A stretch of 64,000 nucleotides of DNA from Mytilus edulis (lineage: Eukaryota): NCBI RefSeq assembly GCF_963676685.1, contig NC_092350.1, positions 46,934,001 through 46,998,000 on the forward strand. Direction: 5' to 3'. The first letter of the stretch is position 1. Each line of letters opens with the position of its first letter. The translations under genes were made by a program, and so were the position numbers. The notes under the pieces are model-generated. The model had not been told where the DNA came from. It worked only from the letters and a program-made list of their open reading frames with translations, and did no database searches. Below are positions 52,204-64,000 of this stretch, piece after piece.

Positions 52204-53390
52204 CTCTCAGTCTATCATCTGTATCTGTTAATTTGAATCAATTGCTAATTTCCCTTGAACTGCAAAACAGTTACGAATATCGGCCAGTAATGGGATTAAG
52301 TACAGAACTGTCCTTGGCATGTCGCCGGCAAAAAGCTAGTCATCCCCGAAATGAAAAGTATAGTCGCTTTCCCAGAAGTCGTTTCCTGTTGTTGCATCGA
52401 AGAGAACTAGAACGCCGTGAAGGCAGAACATGTTACAACGTAAATCATCAACATGATGTAATTTATTCATTACAATATATGTCTGAGAGGAGAATATTGT
52501 CCACGATTGCGTATTTCGTCGCACAGACTTAGACTAGGGACTATATATACTATAAAACACATGACTGTTAAACTGAGTAGTCCCATGCATCTAAAACTGA
52601 CAAGCCAACTTGTGCCGAGCAGGTTACTACTCTCTGACAACTCAACGTCACAGCCAGTGCCTTTTCGGAAATGTATTAATTCTATTTAGGATACTTTTCT
52701 ACACTTTTGTTGATAGTTTTTGGACATGTAAAATAAATTTCCGAAAGAGTACTTACTGGTGTCTTTACTTCATACATCGCCCCAAACATGCATGAAACCG
52801 CATTTGCCCGACTAGATGTACATTAACGACAACCAACCAACAGTCAATCAATCAATCAATCAATCACTTTCATCAACATTTGGATTTTGGTTTATGTCGT
52901 CTCTGATAAATTTCTAGGGTTCACCAAATTATGTCAAATACTTTTCGACTAGTTTCTCCAAGTGTTCAAAATTTCAAAGTATATATACGCCGTGTTCCTG
53001 AATATCCAACACGTCCGTGACTTGGAGAATTTATTAGCATATGGATTGTTTATGGCTGTAATTTTTTTACCGTTTTGTATTAAATAATATAATGAAAAAC
53101 AACGCATCAGTTATATAATTCCACACACTTAATCGTGGTACAGATTTATATAAATATAGTTTCTATCATCGAGAAAAAAACCTATTGTGGGTAAATGACT
53201 TTTTATACCTTATCCCCATGACGGTACTTTACGTGACAACTAAGCTATGAATTAACCCTAACCTTGACCCTAACCTAGATATTCGACCTCTTAGCCCCAA
53301 ACATAATTCAAAATAAACCACCTAAATGTGCCCTATAACCATAAAGTGCCCTGACAGTTCTAGTAATAATGTTATAGTATTTTGAACTTT

Positions 53391-53480
53391 ATGCCTGGCT
53401 TAGTAGCTGACTCAGGCACCATGTCTGACTGAGTAGCTGACTTGAGTATCATGCCTGGCTGAGTAACCAATTTAGATACC
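53391..53480. repeat. 30-bp tandem repeat x3
   Basis: ATGYCTGRCTKAGTARC... units start at 53391, 53421 and 53451. Confidence 0.75.
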
Positions 53481-53740
53481 AGCTATTTTCTTATCGGAGT
53501 AGTGTTAACTTTCGAAGAGATAGAATCAAGTTTTCATATGATATCTATGCATGGTGTCTCCTCGCCTTCATTGTTTATTGAGCCACATCTAAAAACGTAT
53601 TTTATTCATGATTTAAGTTATGGCATTTATAACTACTAGTATTCATATATGTTTGCTAAGATCGATCAGAAACGTGAAGAACCAAAACATAATTGAATTT
53701 CAATAACATCCACCCTTGTTGTCTTCAAAAACATTGGATA

Positions 53741-53947
53741 CTGTGGATTCATTATTATTCGTTGGATACCAATATTCGTGGGGTTTGTTGGTACAATTAA
53801 ACCACGAATTTAAATGTTCAACGAAAAACAAACTTCTATAAAGTTGTATCCAGACTTTGGCTGAACCACGAAATCAAATATGCACGAAAATGCAAGGTTT
53901 CAGCAATCCAAGAAAATTGGTATCATAGAAAATAAAAGAATCCACAG
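53741..53947. mobile_element. MITE with CTGTGGATTC/GAATCCACAG termini
   Basis: 10-bp TIR, TA on the left flank, internal TTCGTGG/CCACGAA repeats. Confidence 0.65.
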
Positions 53948-55089
53948 GACTATATGTCTCTTGCGTTGTTTTAGTATTGTACAACCATTTTGAAATACCT
54001 TTTCTAATTTTTTCACCTGGGTAAGATTCTACAGCTCGACTCAGTAGAGTATGCATCGTACCAAGTTCTATTCCACAAAACATTTTTTATGCCTAATAAT
54101 GATAGTAAATAACATGTTTAACCCCGCCACATTATTTATGTATGTGCCTGTCCCATGTTAGGAGCCTGTAATTCAGTGGTTGTCATTTTTTATGTGTTAC
54201 ATATTTGTTTTTCGTACATTTTTTTTTATATAAAGCCGTTAGTTTTCTCATTTGAATTGTTTTACTTTGTCATATCGGGGCCTTTTATATCGGGGACTAA
54301 GCGGTATGGGCTTTGCTCATTGTTGAAAGCCGTACGGTGACCTATAATGTTTGTGTCATTTTGGTCTCTTGTGGACAGTTGTCTCATTGGCAATGATACC
54401 ACATCTTCTTTTTTTATATAAAGTATGTGTTTGTGTTTCTAAGTATATACATATCGGAATTCAAGTTGACTGTATTCCTGATTTGAACGCAGAACTTGTA
54501 CAAATCTGTAAGATATTAAAACATAATATATGTGAGTGTATGATACATAATATTATATGTCTCTGGTACATACTTAAATTATTTTTTTTTTATTTCCCCT
54601 TATAAAGTCAGAGTCCATTTGTGTAAACTGCATTCAAGGTTCTTGCACTGCATAACATTTTATAAGCTGACATGGGTAGATAGTTAAATTATATTGACAC
54701 CTTCATATAAAAAAGAAAATGTGGTATGATTGCCAGTGAGACAACTCCCCACAAGAGACCAAATGCCGACACAGAAATTAACAGCTATATAGGTCACCAT
54801 ACGTCCTTCAACAAAGTCCATACCGCATTATCAGCTTTAAAAGGCCACAAAATGACAATGTAAAACAATTCAAACGAGAAAACTAACGGTATATATATAT
54901 CTCACAAGTCAGACATAATCGTGCATGTCATATACCAATTAGCCAACTTTCTACAAGAGACCAACATGACGAAAGGACGATAATATAGCCAATTATATAT
55001 AGGGCACTGTACGGCCTTCAACTATGAGCAAATCCCCTTCTGCATAGTAAGTTATTTAAGGTCTGGCATAATGCATGACAAAATGTAAA

Positions 55090-55675
55090 TAAAGGAGTAG
55101 GTTCAGTAAGACCATTTTTTGGCCCCAAAATATAGTAGTTTTACAAAATTGTTAAAATGTAAACTTTTAGTTATTTATTGTACAGTAGAATGCTTCTGCT
55201 ACATAAATATGGGCTGTTTTTGACAATACAATGCACATATATCCTGTACTAGCACCATTAAGTCATGCTAAATTACTGAAATCCTCATAATTCTAGCATT
55301 TTAATTAAATTTTAGACGGTTTTCGTGTAAAACGAAAGTGGCCGCATTCGTGTTCATCCTTAATATTGAAATGTAAGTTGTATTTGATGATAATACATAA
55401 CATATATAAAGGTTGAGGATGAACACGGATGCGGCCACTTTCATTTTTACCAAAAACCATCTGAAAAGTGACATTTTTCGGCATATTAGGTAGATTTTTC
55501 ATATTTGAGCTTGAATCGGATCGTTTTTAATGACTAAATCTGTTAAAATCTTTCACATAAACTAATTAATTCAAATAAAATAGACACTTAAGTGTTTAAA
55601 AAGTGGTCAAAATCTTTCGTCAGATGAACCTGAAATTTGAGGCCAAAATCGGTCCTTACCGGACCTACTCCTTTA
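55090..55675. mobile_element. Kolobok-like MITE nested within a shorter inverted-repeat element (55058-55753)
   Basis: TAAAGGAGTAGGT...ACCTACTCCTTTA termini, internal IR GAAAGTGGCCGCAT.CGTGTTCATCCT. Outer IR AAGGTCTGGCATAATGCATGACA / TGTCATGCATTATGCCAGACCTT. Confidence 0.8.
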
Positions 55676-56911
55676 CACAAGTATTCTATTAAACAACAAA
55701 AGAATGAAAAAACGGACAGCTTTCACATTGTGTCATGCATTATGCCAGACCTTTACACATGTTACAAGCACACATCTAGTCAGATAGACCAGTAGCATGC
55801 CACTGATCTTAACAGAATTCAAGATATCATAGTATATCTACTTTGGAAATTTAATGGTGTATTTTAAATTTGGCTTATTTTAATTTTGGTTATTCAAATG
55901 TTCTTATCCGTTGTTGTTATGTTTTATCTCAGTGTTTTATGTTCAAGCATGCTCTCAAAGTGGGGTCATTACAGAATGGCTAGATGACCGTATAACGTCC
56001 AGTGGAAAATTAAATGAATATTTAACGCATGATAATTCCCTGAGTGCCCTAACATCAAATTCAGGATCCCGGCGTCTGAGATAGAACATATATAAAAAAA
56101 AAATACACATAATGATTAATAGTTTAATATATTTTTACAAGGAATTGTATACTAGTATTTAAATAAACAATAATTATTCCTTGATTTTTATAATATATTC
56201 ACTACATTCTGATACATGTAATATGTCCCAGCTACATCACGGTTCAAATTAACATATTGTTTGGTTTCGTCAAAATTTAAAGACTAGACTAATGTGTTTT
56301 TAAAATCTCATTTAGTATAATTTATGTATTTTTACAGAGAATGTTTGTTTTTCTCGTCGTCATACACTTGTTTGCATCATCAAGTTTCCAGCAAATGGTA
56401 TAATCCTAGATCAGTCTATGACAATTTAGCGTGGATTATTCTATTTTCCATTCATTGATTACGGTCACTGTGTCATTCAGATGGAATATTCCAATGATCT
56501 ACTGAAGTGACCTGAAATGACCTTTCTTCTCGGTTATCATGACCTGATATGAACCAAGGATCTCAGTCAAGTCCAATCGTCTAGACTGCACCATACCATT
56601 CAATTAATAGGGGTGGCAGCTAGCTGTTTTAAGAAATGCTTATTAAGTTATTTTGTTTACTCTGCTATTCAAAAGTTTTAACAGTTAGAGTATTCCAAAA
56701 ACCATAACATTGTGTGCAATATTCTTATCTTAGAGTTACTAGTATATATATATTTAAATACATCTTCAAAAAACGGTCTTCTAAAAATTTGTAAACTGGT
56801 TCTAAATTAAAAGCAGTAGTCAGTGTGTTTTGGGGTAACTTGAAAAACATGACTTCTGTATACTATGAATATGAAAAAGGAGTGTCCGCATTTATATAAA
56901 TACGAGAAACC

Positions 56912-57130
56912 CTCCCCCTTTTTTCCCAAATCCGATATTTTTTCGCTTTCTATTAATTTCAATTATTTTTGCGTTTCGCAATTTATCAGTTACCGCTGTG
57001 GATAGTGAACTTGGAATAAATAGTAAATTGAAAATACAAGTAATTTATGTTTCTAATGATACAGGAAAACGTGAAATAATTGAAGTTAATAAAAAACGAA
57101 AAAAATACGGATTTTGGAAAAAAGGGTGAG
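56912..57130. repeat. Imperfect inverted repeat / MITE remnant
   Basis: CCCTTTTTTCCCAAATCCGATATTTTTTCG...TATTAATTTCAATTATTT pairs with AAATAATTGAAGTTAATA...CGAAAAAAATACGGATTTTGGAAAAAAGGG. Confidence 0.65.
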
Positions 57131-58751
57131 GACCAAAAGAAATTGTCCTGTTCCCCAAGTACCTATGGTGTAACATCTGTCAATACACAATAATAAAAAA
57201 AGGTCAGAGTTCAACGGATTTTGTAGAATCCCTTTGCATGTGCTTGTTCTAAATGTAACGTTTTTGCATGATAGATTGCTTTCGTTTGTCTTTTAAATCA
57301 TATTACTGTTCGCCTTCTCTTTTGATCCGACAATTTCATGAATGTTTTCAATGATGTTCATTTATTGAATCTAAACACGGGTGAAGGCCGGAGCTGGTTT
57401 GTGTCCTCGCCCCACGGTTTGGCGAAGACAGAATTACAGTGAATTACGTAAGTATAAGACAAAAGGTTCTAATGTTGTTGGTTTTTTTTTTACTGATCTG
57501 GCACTTCCAGAGGTTCCTACCCTCCGCAACCCCAGTCTACTCGTATGGTACTGCTAAAATAAACACAAATATAAAAAAGAAAAAAAAGAAAAAAAAAGAT
57601 GTGGTATGATTGGCAATGAGAGAACTTTCCACAAGAGACCAAACGACGCAGAAATTAACAACTATAGGTCACCGTACGGCATTCGACAATGAACAAAGCC
57701 CATACCTATAAAAGGCCCGGTACAAAGCCTACTATATTTTTCTTAATATAATAAAACAAACTTTTATTGATTATATATGTCTCATTACTGATAAACAAAT
57801 ATGGATTTAAAACAATATCATTACTAAAATAAATATATCAAATGCTTTACATGTAATTCATTAGAAATCTAATCGATATCGATGAGGACAAGGAAGCGTC
57901 CTCGCATCATTCTTTTTAACCTTTAGTGACCTTGTTGTCCTAAAACTGATATAATTTTTAGGGTTAGTAACCTCTGAAAGATCAGTTTGTCATTGATTTC
58001 AAACGTTCATTCAACCCAATAGGGTTCGTTCAACTATTTTCTGCGTGGTCGTTCACCCCAATGTTGCGTAATTGAAAAAAAATATTAGTCTCGTTCTCGT
58101 CTAAGTATTGAACATATATATAGGAATTCGGTAGTGAACATTTTACTACGAAGTTGTTTATCACTTTTTTTATATTGGAATAGAGATCTATAGACACAAT
58201 CAATATTTTAAGGAAGTATCTGTTTGTTATATTATATTTTATGTTACAATTATCCGCACTTAATCAAATAAACTTGAGAACAAAACATTAGGCACGATAT
58301 AAATATTCAACATGTTTTTGTTTGGTTTCTCCAACTGCAAAAGAAATTGATATTTTAAACTTTATCCCTTGTTTGAATAATTGAAATGTTTACATTTTTA
58401 TTATTTCTACACGATATAGGAGCTAAAATAACAAAGAATTATATTTAAAAGAACGGATACTTAATTGATAGAGGCCGCACTGCCCGCTGGGGCTTTATTG
58501 CCCAACTCTTTTCATATATTTTAGATTATAAAAATGTATACCTTTTCATATGTAATATAGGTAAAAATGTAACCTGTGTGGTGTGTTGGAAAAATGTATG
58601 TCCAAAGTGTCAAAAAGAGGGGAAATTTATGGTGAAAAACACAGCCATAACTCAAAGAAAGTTACAGGGCTTTTCAAATAACAGAGGCGGATTGAGGGGA
58701 GCAGAGGGCCCGGGCCCGGGCCTCCCTTTCTGAGAAAAAATTGGTTGATTA

Positions 58752-60110
58752 TATGGGTCATTTTCAAAAAATGTCGAATTTTGAAATTGAAAAATTTATT
58801 AAAAAGTTACTTATTCAAACAACCCTCTACATAAGCAAATAAAAACAAACAGTACTTTAAGAACAACATATTAAAAGATGCAATCTTAATGATGTCATAG
58901 AAGAATATCTTGAAACATTTTTTGATCGGTGGTACAATATTTTGTCTATCCTGTTACCATTTTCAAAAGAAATTTTGGGTTATAAGAAAATGTTTAGATA
59001 AAATGTTAAGCTTGTTTTACGTAGCCAATTAGATGGTTTTGAAGAGAATAAACTTCTACATATATTCATTCTGTAAAATAATAGATTATTTGCAAATTTT
59101 CCAGGTTGTACTGAAAAATAATCAAAAATGCCCCTAAAAATTGGTTTTCAAAGGTTGTAAAAATTACCACCAGTAATGCAAGTCTAGGATAGCAATTTAT
59201 ATTATTCGGCATTTTTTCACCCTTTCAAACAAACCCAACATCAAGTAAATCCCTCATAAGTTAGTTTACTTTTCTCTGTGTATCATTGGTAACAGGAACG
59301 TACTATATATACGTACGTTTCTGATATATCACTATATAAAAGTCTATCCTGTTACCTTTTTGTCTATCCTGTTACTGATATCAGTATTGCACATGTAAAT
59401 GCTTAATTGGGAAGATTAAGACGTTATAACCTTAAGATGACTTCAAACAACGAAATATGTCATTCCTTTTGCACCTATATGTTAAGATAAAAAAATTAAC
59501 GACATTTTTTTGTCTACATTTGTCTATCCTGTTACTGTAACCATAGCAACCATAGTAACAGGATAATCAAATTTCTTCGTTTTTGATTGCTGTTGTGAAA
59601 TAACTACACCCTTTGGTGAAGTGATTATGGTTTTCTATTGTGAATTTGGTTTTAAACAGGTTATTGCACTTTTTACAAGCATACTGTTGGTGTAATTAAT
59701 CAAAATTGTTGGTAACAGCATAGACATGAAAAAAGTACTCTCTATATTTTTTTCACTATATGTCTTGAAATTTCTTTTCTCTACACTGTCGTTGAAGAAA
59801 CGATCCGTTTTAAACTTTGCGCTTTTGAAATCAACACTCAGTCTGACTGATTCAATATTCATAGGGAGAAAAATTTAACGGATGATTTAAGTAGCGGTAA
59901 CAGGATAGACATGAACCTCCCGTACGCTGATTGAATTTAGTTTGTAGATAATATGGCGGTTACATGCAATGATAAAGAAGCTACAAATTTTCGTTAGAGT
60001 AATAATAAACGTTCTTAAAAGGTCCCTTTTGCAGATATCAAGGCGATCAGAAAATCGGGAAAAAAATCATTTGTCAGAAATGTGTTTTTCTGACCGACTG
60101 TACGCACATA
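58752..60110. mobile_element. Non-autonomous DNA element with repeated TCTATCCTGTTAC motifs, inserted in a short GGCGGAT-type repeat
   Basis: TATG...CATA ends. The motif lies at ~58945, 59343, 59363, 59523 and, inverted, at ~59555 and 59897. The left end resembles the end of 9921-11539 (TATG.G.CA...GTCGAATTTT). Confidence 0.6.
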
Positions 60111-60749
60111 GGGAATCCGGTTTAAAAATCTGTGGACTTGGCCCACCAATCAGCATGGCCACTGCATGATGGTAAAAATACAAAAAAATACGGGTAAAAC
60201 TAGTTTTTGATTTTTTATCTCGAATGTTGTACAGAAAGAATATTGTAAACATATTTGTTTTTCGTTTGTTATTTTCTACATAAACTATACCATTAGTTTT
60301 CTCGTTTTAATTGTTTTCATTTGTAATTTTGGCGGCGTTTAAAGCAGACTATTCGTTATGGGTTTTGCTCATTATTGAAGGCCTTACGGTGACCAAGAGT
60401 TGTTAATGTCTGTCTCATCATGATTTAGTCTCTTGTGGAGAGTTGTTTCATTGGAAATCAACCACATCTTCTTATTTTTGAATGATAAACAAAAAGTAAA
60501 CAACAACGAAAAAAACAGATTATCCATTTTGGAGTCCTCCCTTTGAAGATCTTTGAAAAATCACTTTAAAAAAAAATACCAGTTTTTATTTGATATATGC
60601 ATGCATCTTGTTAAAACTTTTAAACTAAGAAAGGGATAAAGTTTATTTTTTTATTTTTTTTTTATATGTCATTTATGTGATTTCCCATTCAGTCAAATCT
60701 CTCAAGGTTGTGTTCTAAATGCCTAATCAAACTAAAATGGTCATACCTC

Positions 60750-60785
60750 CAAGGATTTGTATAGTAAGTACTGTACAAATCCTTG
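60750..60785. mobile_element. 36-bp palindrome with 7-bp TSD (probable transposon footprint)
   Basis: ATACCTC-[CAAGGATTTGTATAGTA AG TACTGTACAAATCCTTG]-ATACCTC. Confidence 0.8.
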
Positions 60786-61075
60786 ATACCTCTTTAAAAT
60801 AATTTTATGTTCGGAACGACATCCTAGTCCATACCGTCATGTTTTAAAACTAGAATATGAGTTTCCGGTACAGCGGCATTTTCAAAACAAATGTACGATT
60901 GTAATTTTCCAAGTATATGAACTGTATAGTAGTCCTGTATGACATTTTTCAATCAATCATTTATGTTCAGTAGTCTAATATAGATTTGATTCATAGAGCT
61001 TATTGTCAACCCCTGAGTGGAAGTACCCCAAATCACCCCACATATAATTTTTAATTATCTTTATGCCCCACACAC

Positions 61076-61167
61076 AGGGGTTTGTTACAATTGCCGTGTT
61101 TACTATCCATTATAAACTCTAAAAAAAAAGCATGTGTTTTTTAGGGGTTCGTATGGATGGTAATCCG
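61076..61167. repeat. ~90-bp hairpin/MITE remnant
   Basis: AGGGGTTTGTTACAATTG ... CAATTGTAACAAACCCCT. Confidence 0.7.
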
Positions 61168-62072
61168 GTCAATTGTAACAAACCCCTTTGCCCTACATGT
61201 ATACGATAGTAGAGGGGCATATGTTTTTTTGTTCTGTGCATCCGTTCGTTCGTCCATCTGTCTTGCTTCAGGTTATATAGTCTTTGGTCAAGGTAGTTTT
61301 TGATGAAGTTGGAGTCTAATCAACTCGAAACTTAGTACACATATTCTCTTTTTTATGATCTTTCTAATTTTAATGCCAAATTTCAGTGTTTACCTCTTTT
61401 TCATGGTCCACTAAACATAGAAAATGATGGTGTGATTGAGTAGGGCATCCATGTTCTATGGAAAATCTTGACAATGATGCCGCAGTCTGCACCAAAAACC
61501 TTTTCAACTACCTGTCCGAAGACAAATATTCCAACATTTTTTCTTATTGATCCAAACAAAGTTTTGCAATAACTTACTAGTCCATATAAGATTTCACTAG
61601 TCTGGGGCATCGGACTAGTGGCTAACCGTGCAGACTGCTGATGGACACATTCTTGTTTATTAAATAAATGTTTATTTATCACTTTGAATATATGTCACAT
61701 GTACATACATCTGATCGCTAATCCTGGCAGACCTGGCACCTTGAACTATTGACGCATACAAATGTACAACAATCACTTTTCCATTGTGGCGTCAAATATT
61801 TTCTTTTATGACATCAGAATTTTACAGGAACCTGTGAGATATCCAGTAATTGTGGACAAATAGCGATAAGGTGTATTGTATGTAGAAGTTAATGTCAAAC
61901 AGCATTTGAGATTTTTGTCTGTCGACTTGTAACTTGTTAACTTGCATTGACTTTGTTAAAATTGCATATCATGGCTTTGTGACACCAAATATGTTGACCC
62001 AGCTTTAATATTGAAACTTTGACCGCGAACATTGCATGTATCAGCCAAGTCATAATGTATTTTAAACAGACG

Positions 62073-62178
62073 TAGTCCAAGATTACTCTGATGTCCAACA
62101 GCTGTTTTGACCCATGGTCATGATGGTCCGAGCTTGTCTGGCAAAACAGCCTTTGGATGTCAGAGTAATCTTGGACTA
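62073..62178. mobile_element. 106-bp hairpin MITE
   Basis: TAGTCCAAGATTACTCTGA ... TCAGAGTAATCTTGGACTA perfect 19-bp TIR extending imperfectly inward. Confidence 0.8.
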
Positions 62179-62279
62179 TAACGGACGTTGATCATGTTGA
62201 TGAATTAAGTTTTGACCTGGCTTAACTTATCAGGATGTCTTCCTGTTTGTTCGGAAAACAAAGAAAACACTTGATTCTA

Positions 62280-63345
62280 CAGTCAGGGGACTTACAAATG
62301 TATTTAAATGAGTGATTTTTAAATCACTTATTTAAGTAGCAGATTAGAAATTTTATCATAAATTGTGATTTTGTAGTTATACTAAAATTTTAAACACATA
62401 GGTTTAGATAATATCTTTTCATTAGTAAAATTGAAAAAATGGACTTTTTGCTTCTTTTAAGTAGAAAGGTTTATGCCTTTGGTGCAATAATTTAGCTGCA
62501 AATTCTATTGTAGTGGATAAAATGCTATAATAATGGCCTAACTTAATGAAAATACGGATTTTTCGTGTTATTAAAATTTACTGTTACAAAATGGTAGAAA
62601 TTATTATAAATTAAGGAATGTACAAATGTATCTCCCTCATGCAAAGCTCTGATTCCTTTCACGGATTTGGCTATACTTTTTGGACCTTTTGGATTATAGC
62701 TCTTCATCTTTTATATAAGCTTTGGATTTCAAATATTTTGGCCACGAGCATCACTGAAGAGACATGTATTGTCGAAATGCGCATCTGGTGCAAGAAAATT
62801 AGTACTGTTAATTTTATTAATGAACTGATACTTTCTTAACAGATTTTTTCCAGCAGTGGGAGTATTTTTCCTGTAAAAATCAAGGTTTCATCTTTCAGAT
62901 TATGTAATAAAATTCTACTGTTCGCGGTAAAAATTGCACTGTTCGGGGGTGTTGAAATTAGTGGGAGTTATTAGAATAATGATACTTAAAGAAGTGATTT
63001 TTTTAAAGGAAATTGAGGTATGATACTTAAACAAGTGATTTTTATGTCATTATCATTATTATCCTAGATTCAGTACATGGTCATCACCTGACATGACCTG
63101 GTCATCCTAGACAACACAGATGTTGGTTCTGATAAGTTTAGAAACATAATTAGTCCCTGGATCATTAGTATTCTATATTTAAAACTACAATAAAATTAAA
63201 TCACTTAGTCTAGTGATAAATTTGTACTACATGTACTTAAATAGGTGATTATTAAAGAAAGACAACTAACTTACAACCTTTATGAACATAATGTTACTTG
63301 AATCAGTGATTTAATAATCACTCATTTAAGTAAGTCCCCTGACTG
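62280..63345. mobile_element. Tc1/mariner-like non-autonomous element carrying a hammerhead-bearing repeat
   Basis: CAGTCAGGGGACTTAC / GTAAGTCCCCTGACTG TIRs plus subterminal TTAAATGAGTGATT inverted matches. TA on the left flank. Confidence 0.8.
62748..62791 (+). ncRNA. Type I hammerhead ribozyme with intact core, second family
   Basis: Stem I GCATCA/TGGTGC, CTGAAGA, stem II GACA-TGTAT-TGTC, GAAA, minimal stem III T-GCGC-A, ATC cleavage triplet ending at 62785. Confidence 0.85.
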
Positions 63346-63886
63346 TTCTATGGAGCAATTTGAAAATACACAAATGCAACCATAAGTGCAAAATTGCCAA
63401 ATATCTGCTGCTCATCCAAAAACCTACATATTGTGACGTGCAGCTGATATTTACAATATCAGTATATACATTGTACATGATATATATCATATATCATATA
63501 TATGCAGACAACCTTATAAAAAGCAGCAATATGTCTATAAATAATATATACATAAAATGTGTTGTGCACATTGAATAACCCATACATTATAAAGAACATT
63601 ATTTAAAAGTGTGCACCATATTTTCAAGATTATTTGGAATAGACAAAATATATTACAGTCATTACTTTTAGTTCAATTCTAAATTTAATATTTAAAGAGT
63701 ATTTAACATGTCAGGGTCACATGGGAAAAAAATATGTTTCTGAGCTGATAGATAAAAATCTTTCAGCCAATCAGAAGACGTGTTACATCCAAAATTAATT
63801 TATTTCAGAATGTCTCGTAATTAGTGCCATTGTTCTTGTTGTTTTGATTTTTTTACTTTTTTATTAACAGGTACCGGTAAACAAAT

Positions 63887-64000
63887 ATGCCAGAAAAACG
63901 ACACATGATATTATGTACTGTAACAGATGTCAGAGATGGACAAGTTGTCTACCCTTGTTGCTCACAATGCTGTTCTAAGCTTAGATCTGATTGTTTTCAA
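63887..64000 (+). CDS. DDIAS: First coding exon (partial) of a DDIAS/noxin-like protein (N-terminal OB-fold with Zn-ribbon)
   Basis: Polypyrimidine tract and AACAG acceptor at 63870, ATG at 63887. MPEKRHMILCTVTDVRDGQVVYPCCSQCCSKL resembles the recalled DDIAS N-terminal pattern (R...L..V.......YP.C..C.S+). The frame is open to the window end. Confidence 0.7.
   Translation, partial: MPEKRHMILCTVTDVRDGQVVYPCCSQCCSKLRSDCFQ

Noticed and set aside
52233-52795. Cluster of short ORFs in a GC-richer patch upstream of RFESD
   Set aside because: Mostly non-ATG starts and no recognisable domain. May be promoter or TE sequence but cannot be supported.
53252-53277. Telomere-like TAACCC repeats
   Set aside because: Only 3-4 degenerate units, too short to call an interstitial telomere.

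Overview
AT-rich, repeat-dense eukaryotic genomic DNA. The repeat families and gene types suggest a bivalve mollusc, probably Mytilus (inference). 1-25 kb is a minus-strand birth-and-death array of RING-less TRIM-like genes (B-box/B-box, coiled coil, NHL-like beta-propeller). It has one intact single-coding-exon gene (23517-25214), one full-length pseudogene (22-1712) and four propeller-only remnants. The copies show a hypervariable propeller loop and reciprocal mosaicism. 33-43 kb holds a spliced minus-strand gene of unknown function that I assembled from phase-compatible exons. 49.9-51.3 kb holds a Rieske 2Fe-2S domain gene (RFESD-like). The last 114 bp begin a DDIAS/noxin-like gene. The rest is transposon-derived: Penelope-like RT remnants, Helentron/HINE elements with internal ~160-bp tandem repeats, MITEs, a tRNA-headed SINE with a 13-bp TSD, a 5S rRNA fragment, two intact and two decayed type I hammerhead ribozymes in retrozyme-like repeats, and two ~35-bp palindromes with 7-bp TSDs that look like P-element excision footprints. 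No CRISPR array or prokaryotic system is visible. All alignments were done by eye, so repeat boundaries are approximate.
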